A stretch of 64,000 nucleotides of DNA, from NCBI GenBank assembly GCA_963799005.1, contig CAWCVK010000001.1:867691-931690 (forward strand), in the 5' to 3' direction. The translations under genes and the position numbers were made by a program. This stretch comes from Candidatus Dormiibacterota bacterium. Lineage in GTDB: Bacteria > Chloroflexota > Dormibacteria > Aeolococcales > Aeolococcaceae. Under the pieces are notes generated by a model. It was not told where the DNA came from. It ran no database searches and saw nothing but the letters and a program-made list of their open reading frames with translations. How positions within the stretch are numbered: position 1 is the first letter of the stretch; each line of letters begins with the position of its first letter. Below, one piece after another: positions 56,952 through 64,000 of this stretch.

Positions 56952-57988
56952 GGCCGGCCGGGGCGCAGGAGCTGAGACGCTGGGACGAGCTCGTGGCGAA
57001 CAACCCCGATGGGGGTCAGATCCTGCAGACACGCGCGTGGGGCGAATTCAAACGTGCGCATCGGTGGGCGCCGCGGTACCTCCTGTCCGAGGACGGACCG
57101 CCGGTCGCGGTGCTGGTGCTGCGTCATCCCGTGCCCGGGCTCGGCGCGCTCGGGTATGCGCCGAAAGGGCCCGGTGTGGCCGACGTCGCGCAGCTGCCCG
57201 CGCTCATCGACGGGCTCCGCGCGACCGCCGGCGGGGCGTTCGCGATCAAGGTCGAGCCGGAGATCGAACAGAGCGAGGCGGCTGCGGCGGCGTTGCGCGA
57301 CATGGGGCTGGAGAAGTCTCGCCACGACGTGCAGATCAGCCGGGCGACGATCATCGTGGACCTGCGGCCGGACGACGACGCCCTGCTCGCCTCGTTCAAG
57401 CCGAAATGCCGCTACAACATCAGGCTGGCGCAGCGTCATGGCGTGACCGTCGCGCCGGTGTCGCTCGACGACGAAACCATCGACACCATGTACTGGCTCA
57501 TGGCCTCGACACGCGACCGAGCCGGCTTCACGCTGCGCAGCCGCGAGTATTTCTCGCAGTACTGGCACCTCCACGCCGCGGCCGGTCAGGGTCAGCTCTT
57601 CTTTGCATCGCTCGACGGTCAGGTGCTCGCCGGGGTGTTCGCGACCTACATCGGCACCAAGGGCTGGTACAAGGACGGCGGGTCGACCAAGGAGCACGCT
57701 GCGGTGATGGCGCCCCACCTGCTCCAGTGGGAGGTGATGCGCTGGCTCAAGACCCGCGGGGTCGAAGCCTACGACCTGGTCGCGGTACCTCCGCGCGCGG
57801 AGCTCAAGCCCACGCATCCGCTGTACGGGCTTTACCGCTTCAAGTCGGGGTTCAGCGAGCACATCACCGAGTACGTCGGCACGTGGGATCTGCCGATCCG
57901 CCGGAGTCGTTACGCGGCGTGGAACGCTCTCGCGGAACGGGCCGCTCACCAGTGGGCGTACCGCGTGCGCCACGACCTCCTGTACTAG
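56948..57988 (+). CDS. FemABX-family lipid II peptidyltransferase 2
   Basis: QILQTRAWG, YAPKGP, KCRYNIRLA, WYKDGGS, YDL, FKSGF. Confidence 0.92.
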   Translation: MRPAGAQELRRWDELVANNPDGGQILQTRAWGEFKRAHRWAPRYLLSEDGPPVAVLVLRHPVPGLGALGYAPKGPGVADVAQLPALIDGLRATAGGAFAIKVEPEIEQSEAAAAALRDMGLEKSRHDVQISRATIIVDLRPDDDALLASFKPKCRYNIRLAQRHGVTVAPVSLDDETIDTMYWLMASTRDRAGFTLRSREYFSQYWHLHAAAGQGQLFFASLDGQVLAGVFATYIGTKGWYKDGGSTKEHAAVMAPHLLQWEVMRWLKTRGVEAYDLVAVPPRAELKPTHPLYGLYRFKSGFSEHITEYVGTWDLPIRRSRYAAWNALAERAAHQWAYRVRHDLLY

Positions 57989-59280
57989 CGCCAGATCCTC
58001 TTCATGATCACCTTGGACAGCTTTTCCGGGTCGTGGTGCGTGGAGATGTGCGAGGACGCGACGTCGGCGAGGATGTAGTTGACCGGCTGGCGGATGGCCT
58101 GGTCGCGGTCGAATCCGACCCGGGTCACGCCCGCCTCCACCGCTGACGGCGGCAGCGGCAGCCCCACGTTGCTGTTGACGATCACGTAGTCGAAGAGATT
58201 GACGCCCACGTGGTCCTCGATGGTCTTCAGATGCCCGCTCACCGAGTATCCGATCGTCTCGCCGGGCTGGCCGGCGATGTTGCACACGTAGACCTTCACC
58301 GCCGGGCTCGCGCGCAGCGCCTCGACCATGCCCTCGATCAGCAGGTTGGGCAGGATCGACGTGTACAGCGACCCCGGCCCGACGATGATGAGTTCGGCGG
58401 CGAGGATCGCGTTCTCGGCTTCGGGGTTGATCTCCGCGTCGGGCGGCTCGAGGAACACGCGATCGATCTGCTCGACGCCGTTGGGCACCTGCAACTCGCC
58501 GACCCTCACCTCGGTGCCCGCGGTCGCGCACAGCACCACGTCGCGCAGCGTCGCCGGGACGATCTGGCCGCGCACCGCGAGGACCCGACCGGACTCGCGG
58601 ATGGCGTGTTCGAAGTCGCCGGTGATCTCGGCCATGGCGGTGATGAAGAGGTTGCCGAAGGAGTGGCCGGCGAGCGCTCCCTCACCACCGAATCGATACT
58701 GGAAAAGCTCGGTCATCAGGGGCTCGGTCTCGGCAAGCGCGGTGAGGCACTGGCGGATGTCTCCCGGCGGCAGCACGCGGTACTCCTCGCGGAGGCGCCC
58801 GCTCGATCCGCCGTCGTCGGCGACGGTGACGATGGCGACGATGTTGCCGGTGTACTTCTTCACGCCCCGGAGGAGCGATGACAGGCCGGTGCCGCCGCCG
58901 ATCGCGACCAGGCGGGGGCCCTTGGCGAGCGAGCGGAATTTGTAGAGCTGCTCGGCAAGCCCGCGGTCGGTGCTGCCGCGGCCGGGGAGAAAGGGCCCGA
59001 GGATCGAGCGGCCGAGCTTGTAGAAACACAGGATGATGAGCCCCACGCCGACCAGCGCGAACAGCAACGCGCGCACCAGGCGGGGCAGGAACTGCAGGGT
59101 GACGTCGCCAACCCAGGAGGGAAAGGTGATGGACGCGCTGTAGAGGTCTCGCAGGATGTAGCCGGCCGCGAGGCTGATCATCACGATCGCGAGGAACAGG
59201 AGCAGCAGCCAGCGTTTGACGTGGAGCCCCGGCGTGAACCAGCGCATCAGGTTCGCGCTCGGGCGGATTCGGACCTTCAT
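57985..59280 (-). CDS. yvcK: YvcK/CuvA family UDP-sugar-binding gluconeogenesis factor with N-terminal TM segments
   Basis: GGGTGLS, DDGGSSGRLR, PPGDIR, GPGSLYTSILPNL. Confidence 0.93.
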   Translation of the reverse strand: MKVRIRPSANLMRWFTPGLHVKRWLLLLFLAIVMISLAAGYILRDLYSASITFPSWVGDVTLQFLPRLVRALLFALVGVGLIILCFYKLGRSILGPFLPGRGSTDRGLAEQLYKFRSLAKGPRLVAIGGGTGLSSLLRGVKKYTGNIVAIVTVADDGGSSGRLREEYRVLPPGDIRQCLTALAETEPLMTELFQYRFGGEGALAGHSFGNLFITAMAEITGDFEHAIRESGRVLAVRGQIVPATLRDVVLCATAGTEVRVGELQVPNGVEQIDRVFLEPPDAEINPEAENAILAAELIIVGPGSLYTSILPNLLIEGMVEALRASPAVKVYVCNIAGQPGETIGYSVSGHLKTIEDHVGVNLFDYVIVNSNVGLPLPPSAVEAGVTRVGFDRDQAIRQPVNYILADVASSHISTHHDPEKLSKVIMKRIWR

Positions 59281-59335
59281 ACCGCTGCTCGATTCTGGCA
59301 CTTCGGATCCAACGTGCCAGCGATTCGCCTGGAGA

Positions 59336-60379
59336 TCAGCCTCCCGGAGATGGGCGGGCCTCGCCTTTCGAAGCCAGCTCGACCGGGTCGCGGCGGCGGC
59401 GCAATTTCGCGAGATTGTGCTCGGCGTCGATGTAGCGGGAGGTTCCCGAGTACGAGCGCATCACCAGGCTCTGGGTGTGGCAGCGGTCCTCGCCGAGGAA
59501 GCGCACCCCTTCGAGGAGCTCGCCGCTGGTGATCCCGGTGGCGGCGAAGAACACGTTGTCGCCGGAGACGAGATCGTCAAGCTCGAGCACCTCGCCGGCG
59601 TGCTTGCCCTCGCGCTCCTCGACGCTGCGCTCGCCCTCGCCGACCCAGATTCGAGCCTGCATGCCTCCACCGATGCACTTGATGCCACAGGCGGCGAGCA
59701 CGGCCTCGGGGGCGCCTCCGATCCCCATCAGCACGTCGATACCGGTGCGGTGCTCCATGGCGGCCATCAGGCCCGCCGCGACGTCCCCGTCCATGATCAG
59801 CTTCACCCTGGCGCCGGCTGAGCGGATCTCGTCGAGCAGCGCCTCGTGGCGTTCGCGATCGAGCACCACCACGGTCAGGTCCTCGACCCGGCGATCCTCC
59901 GCCCTCGCGATCCGCTTGAGGTTCTGCGCGACCGGCACCGTGATGTCGATCACCCTGGCGGCCGCCGGGCCGACGATCAACTTCTCCATGTAGTGCAGGT
60001 GGGTGTGGAACATCGAGCCCCGTTCGGCCAGCGCCACGGTCGCGATGCCGCCGGGAATGCCGCGCGCGACCAGGCGCGTGCCGTCGATCGGATCCACGGC
60101 AACGTCGACGGCGGGAGGGTTGCCGTTGCCGACCTGCTCGCCGATGTAGAGCATCGGCGCCTCGTCCTTCTCACCCTCGCCGATCACCACCACGCCGTCC
60201 ATGTCGACGAAACCCAGGCTGCGGCGCATCGAGTCGACGGCCGCCTGGTCGGCCTGCTCCTTCTGGTTGCGCCCCATGTGGCGGGCGGCGGCCATCGCCG
60301 CACCCTCGGTGACGCGGACCAGCTCGAGCGCGAGGTTGCGGTCGATGGGTGTCCCCAGGTCGCGCGGCCGCGTTCCCAT
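59336..60379 (-). CDS. glpX: class II fructose-1,6-bisphosphatase
   Basis: VIGEGEKDEAPML, DPIDGT, MDGDV, FAATGIT. Confidence 0.96.
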   Translation of the reverse strand: MGTRPRDLGTPIDRNLALELVRVTEGAAMAAARHMGRNQKEQADQAAVDSMRRSLGFVDMDGVVVIGEGEKDEAPMLYIGEQVGNGNPPAVDVAVDPIDGTRLVARGIPGGIATVALAERGSMFHTHLHYMEKLIVGPAAARVIDITVPVAQNLKRIARAEDRRVEDLTVVVLDRERHEALLDEIRSAGARVKLIMDGDVAAGLMAAMEHRTGIDVLMGIGGAPEAVLAACGIKCIGGGMQARIWVGEGERSVEEREGKHAGEVLELDDLVSGDNVFFAATGITSGELLEGVRFLGEDRCHTQSLVMRSYSGTSRYIDAEHNLAKLRRRRDPVELASKGEARPSPGG

Positions 60380-60389
60380 TAGCCCGCGA

Positions 60390-61247
60390 TCATACGGCGC
60401 GCGTCGAGCGCAGCCCAGCGGTTCCGAACTCGACGATCGCGGCGGCGGCGCAGCCGACGCCCGCGGAGAGCGCCGCCTCGAAGGCGGCGTCATCGCTGCA
60501 CTCCACGCGGGCGACGTGGCCGAGAAAGCCCCCGGCCATGGCGTCACCGGCGCCGGTGGGATCGACCACACGCTCCACCGCTTCGGCCGGCGCCTCGACG
60601 ATGCTCCGCGCGGTGACGCACGCGGCGCCGAGCGGCCCTTGTTTGACCACGACCGCGCGCAACCGGCCGGTGCCACAGAGGCGGGCTGCCGACGTGCGCC
60701 AGTCATCGCTCCCGCTGAGCGCGGCCAGCTCGGCGACGGTGAGAAAGAGGACGTCCACCTGCTCGATCAGGGATCGGATCTCGTCGCTCCGGGTGTCGAT
60801 GAACACGGTCATGGAATCGATGCCGATGACGCCCGCCGCGGACTGGTCGATCACCGCCCGCTGGATGCGCGGATCCATGCTCCCGACGAAGAGCACCTCC
60901 GCCCGGCGCGAGCTCTCGGGGAGCAGCGGCTGCCACTCCGGATCGCATCCGGGCTCAGAGGACTCGTGGGATGTGGCCCAGAGTCCGAAGTCGTGGACGG
61001 CGTGCCAGCGAAACGTCGGCGAAGCGCTTTCCACCAGGCCCTCGAGGTCGATGTCCGGGTGGGCGAGGATGCGACGAAACTCGGCGGCGGTGTCGGTGCC
61101 GACGATCCCGTTGACATGAACAGGTGCGTAGCGCACCGCCGCGAGCGCGAAGTACACCGCGGACCCACCCAGGGTGTCGCGCCTGCCGGAGGGCGTGGTC
61201 AGATCGTCGCTGTGGAGCGTGCCTGCGACCGCGACCTCCCAGGTCAC
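60390..61247 (-). CDS. PfkB family carbohydrate kinase
   Basis: GGSAVY; DPTGAGDAMAGGF. Confidence 0.92.
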   Translation of the reverse strand: MTWEVAVAGTLHSDDLTTPSGRRDTLGGSAVYFALAAVRYAPVHVNGIVGTDTAAEFRRILAHPDIDLEGLVESASPTFRWHAVHDFGLWATSHESSEPGCDPEWQPLLPESSRRAEVLFVGSMDPRIQRAVIDQSAAGVIGIDSMTVFIDTRSDEIRSLIEQVDVLFLTVAELAALSGSDDWRTSAARLCGTGRLRAVVVKQGPLGAACVTARSIVEAPAEAVERVVDPTGAGDAMAGGFLGHVARVECSDDAAFEAALSAGVGCAAAAIVEFGTAGLRSTRAV

Positions 61248-61260
61248 GCCGGGACGAGCG

Positions 61261-61665
61261 TCAGCCCGCGGCCGCGGTTCGCTTCCGCTCGCCGAAGAGC
61301 GGAATGATCGGGGCCAGCCGCGGACGACGCAACTCCAGGGCACGCATGAGGAGAACCTCCTGCGCCTCGAACAGGATGTCGGCGACGTGATCGGGGTCGC
61401 GGTCGATGCCGAGCCGGTCGCGCAACCCGGGATCCACGGCGCCGACCGCGCGGACCACGGCGCTCCAGAGCGCAGCGGGAATCAGACGGAAGGACCGCAG
61501 CCGGCATTCCTCGATGAGGTCGATGAGCACGTCGGCCTCGCGAACGCGGAGCCGGGTGCGCGAGATCCGTTCACGGCGGAAGGCGGCCTCACGTTCGACC
61601 CGAGCGATTTCCAGGCACGTCCGTTCCATCGGACCCGGCTGCGAGCGGGTGGCGGCAGCGTGCAT
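61261..61665 (-). CDS. hypothetical helical protein
   Basis: Plausible codon usage; co-oriented with pfkB/glpX. Confidence 0.6.
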   Translation of the reverse strand: MHAAATRSQPGPMERTCLEIARVEREAAFRRERISRTRLRVREADVLIDLIEECRLRSFRLIPAALWSAVVRAVGAVDPGLRDRLGIDRDPDHVADILFEAQEVLLMRALELRRPRLAPIIPLFGERKRTAAAG

Positions 61666-61716
61666 CAGCGGATTGTCCCACGCCCGGATGGGGCTGCGAA
61701 GAACGGTTGACTGCTG

Positions 61717-62406
61717 TTACACGGGATAGCAGATCGACCGCCACCGGCCGCCGCCGGGGACGAGGTGCACCACCCGCCGGATCCTCGCCACCGGGTCGGG
61801 GTCGCCGACCTCGTATTCGACGTCGAGCTCGGCGACGTCGCGATAGGTCTTGCCTCGCGACGTTTCGGTCCATTCCGGCAGGTATCGCACCTCTTTGACG
61901 CTCACCCCGCGGAGACGGCGCATCGCCGACGCCCCCTGCGCCTCGGCGAAGGCCTCGGGTGAGCCCCAGCTGATCTGGCAGTCCTCGCTCAGCAGCGAAA
62001 AGGCCCGGCGATACTGGTTCGCGCGCATCAGCTCCACAAAGAGCGCCTCGCTGAAGGCGGGGTTGCCCGGTGGGCGGGCGCCGAGTGGAGGGCGGCCGCG
62101 CTCGTGCGCGTCGACCAGCGCGGCGGCGCGCCGCGAGGTGACATTCGCGGTCTCACTCCCGGCCCAGAACGCCCTGGTTCCCTCGTCGACCTGCGTGATC
62201 CTCGGCGCCGGTGCCTGCGTCTCCGCCGGCGCTGGCGCGGTGACGGGGCGGCGAGCCGGACGGTGCAGCCAGCGGGTGAAGCGGCTGCCGTCGAAACGCC
62301 CGCGCCGGGGACGCTCGGTGCCGATCAGGACGTGGGGTGGCAGCGGCATCGCCGGCGTCAAGTGTACGCGGCCGGAGCGCGGCACTGAAGACGGACACGC
62401 CGGCAT
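61717..62406 (-). CDS. hypothetical protein, C-terminal NTF2-like pattern
   Basis: 'YRRAFSLLSEDCQ..EAFAE' followed by beta-strands ending 'WRSI'. Confidence 0.6.
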   Translation of the reverse strand: MPACPSSVPRSGRVHLTPAMPLPPHVLIGTERPRRGRFDGSRFTRWLHRPARRPVTAPAPAETQAPAPRITQVDEGTRAFWAGSETANVTSRRAAALVDAHERGRPPLGARPPGNPAFSEALFVELMRANQYRRAFSLLSEDCQISWGSPEAFAEAQGASAMRRLRGVSVKEVRYLPEWTETSRGKTYRDVAELDVEYEVGDPDPVARIRRVVHLVPGGGRWRSICYPV

Positions 62407-62427
62407 GCCGTTTGCCTACGATGCGCC

Positions 62428-62808
62428 GTGATGCCGCCAGCCCCCGCTCGCATCCTGATCGCCGAGGATGAGGCCGCCGTCGCTCAGCAGGTCATCAATC
62501 GATTCACCTTGCGGGGCCATGATGTCCGCTGGGCGAAGGCGGTTCGCGAGGTCCGCGCCGACCTCTCCGCGTTCGAACCGGACGTGCTCGTCCTCGACGC
62601 CACGCTCGACACCGACGGGCTCGAGCTGTTCCAGGCGATCCGTTTCGCGCCTGAGCATCCGCGCGCCGGGGTGGTGATTCTCACCGCCGCGGGCGACGTC
62701 GGCGCACGGGAGCGTGCCCAACAGCTCGGCGCCGCGGCCGTGATGATGAAACCCGTACGCAACGACGAGCTCGTGGAGATCGTCGAAGACCTGCTCACCT
62801 ATATCTGA
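62428..62808 (+). CDS. single-domain response regulator
   Basis: ILIAEDE, LVLD, ILTA, MKP. Confidence 0.92.
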   Translation: MMPPAPARILIAEDEAAVAQQVINRFTLRGHDVRWAKAVREVRADLSAFEPDVLVLDATLDTDGLELFQAIRFAPEHPRAGVVILTAAGDVGARERAQQLGAAAVMMKPVRNDELVEIVEDLLTYI

Positions 62809-62819
62809 GCGGCGGCGCG

Positions 62820-63362
62820 TCAGCGAGCCACGGCGGCGAGGACGATGATCATGACGCTGCCGCCGATCCAGAGTGCCAGTGTCGCCCGCACGTAGACCGG
62901 GATGGCCGCGGCCTGGTCGTACCAGCCGACGACGCGCCGCTCGGTCATGATCACGATCGCGAGCGCGTCGAGGAGCACGAAGATCAGGGTGACGATGAGC
63001 CCGGTCGCATCGACGCCGTTGCCGACGATCGCCCCGACAGCCACCGAAACAGCGGCAAGCGCAATCGCGGTTGCGAGCGTGCCGATCTGCGTCTGGCGCA
63101 CCCACGAGCGCTTTCTGGTCAGCAGCACCGCCAGGATGATCAGCGTCGCCGAATAGGACGCGGACGAGACGGCCGCGACCACCTGCGCCGCCAGGGGCAG
63201 GCTGGCGATGCGACCCGCGCCCGTGGCCAGCCCACCCGCAAACGGTGCCAGTGCTCCGAAGAGCGCCAGGATGGCCAGCGCAAGGTCCCACGTGTACACG
63301 AACAGCAGAGCGCCCGGACGCCGTTCCTGCTCGTCGTCTCGTGACGTCACCGAGTTCGGCAC
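62820..63362 (-). CDS. hypothetical membrane protein
   Basis: About 5 hydrophobic helices. Confidence 0.7.
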   Translation of the reverse strand: MPNSVTSRDDEQERRPGALLFVYTWDLALAILALFGALAPFAGGLATGAGRIASLPLAAQVVAAVSSASYSATLIILAVLLTRKRSWVRQTQIGTLATAIALAAVSVAVGAIVGNGVDATGLIVTLIFVLLDALAIVIMTERRVVGWYDQAAAIPVYVRATLALWIGGSVMIIVLAAVAR

Positions 63363-63424
63363 GCGGCGATGATGCCATCGCGCCTGCCTGTCGCCGCCTC
63401 CGGGTGGGGACGTACGCTGTGACG

Positions 63425-64000
63425 GTGACCACCATCGTCGTCCTGCGTGGCGACCAGACCGGCCAGGAGTTGCTCGACGAGGCGCTCCGGGTGATCCGCC
63501 CGGAGGTGATCGGCGTCGAGCTCGAGCTGCGGACATTCGACCTCTCACTGCAACACCGCCGCGAGACCGCCAATGCGGTGGTCAGCGAAGCCGCCGACGC
63601 GATGCGTGCCGCCGGGTTCGGGCTGAAGGCGGCGACGGTCACCCCGACCGATCGCACCGATGTCGGCAGTCCCAATGCGCTGCTTCGTGAGCGCGTCGGC
63701 GGACGCGTGATCCTGCGCACCGGCAGGCGCATCCCGGGCGTCGCGGGGATCGCCGGGGTGAGCGCGCCGATCAGCATCGTGCGGATGGCGGTCGACGACG
63801 CCTACAACGCCCGCGAGTGGCGCGACCTCAGCGACGGGGACGAGATCGCATACCGCACCGAGCACATCTCACGCTCAACCTGCCGTGCCGTCGCCGAGTT
63901 CGCCTTCGTCCACGCCTCTCGAACGCGCGCGCGGGTCTTCGGCGGCCCGAAGTTCACCGTGTCGAGGATCTACGAGGGCATGTTCAAGGAGGAGCTCGAC
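63425..64000 (+). CDS. isocitrate/isopropylmalate dehydrogenase family protein, 3'-truncated by window edge
   Basis: TTIVVLRGDQTGQEL, GLKAATVTP, SPN..LR; GTG 6 nt after TACGCT. Not in the ORF track because no stop lies in the window. Confidence 0.9.
   Translation, partial: MTTIVVLRGDQTGQELLDEALRVIRPEVIGVELELRTFDLSLQHRRETANAVVSEAADAMRAAGFGLKAATVTPTDRTDVGSPNALLRERVGGRVILRTGRRIPGVAGIAGVSAPISIVRMAVDDAYNAREWRDLSDGDEIAYRTEHISRSTCRAVAEFAFVHASRTRARVFGGPKFTVSRIYEGMFKEELD

Overview
A ~70% GC bacterial chromosome segment made mostly of core genes. The gene content mixes actinobacterial-like and Chloroflexota-like features, so a soil Dormibacterota/Chloroflexota-related MAG is plausible (inference only). 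It holds about 75 CDS, including rplI-dnaB, rpsF-ssb-rpsR, fumC, murE, rsmG, gcvT-gcvH, serC-like/serA/DUF1015, folB-folD-X-folC, trxA, hup, two FemABX-family genes, yvcK and glpX, plus tRNA-Val(CAC). I found no CRISPR array, prophage or transposase. The notable items are: (1) a complete leader-peptide/terminator/antiterminator attenuator ahead of an ABC exporter (53.5-53.8 kb); (2) a tail-anchored protein gene directly upstream of a Get3/ArsA ATPase, a small partner and a site-2 protease; (3) a 23-bp tandem repeat whose units are self-coupling mini-ORFs; (4) a 60-bp hairpin-rich tandem array; (5) frameshifts, a nonsense codon and a missense change that cluster at repairable GANTC sites, probably the basecalling footprint of host DNA methylation; (6) pervasive leaderless promoter architecture; (7) a promoter-bearing candidate sRNA near 0.9 kb. 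Family assignments come from motif recognition by eye; no database search was run.
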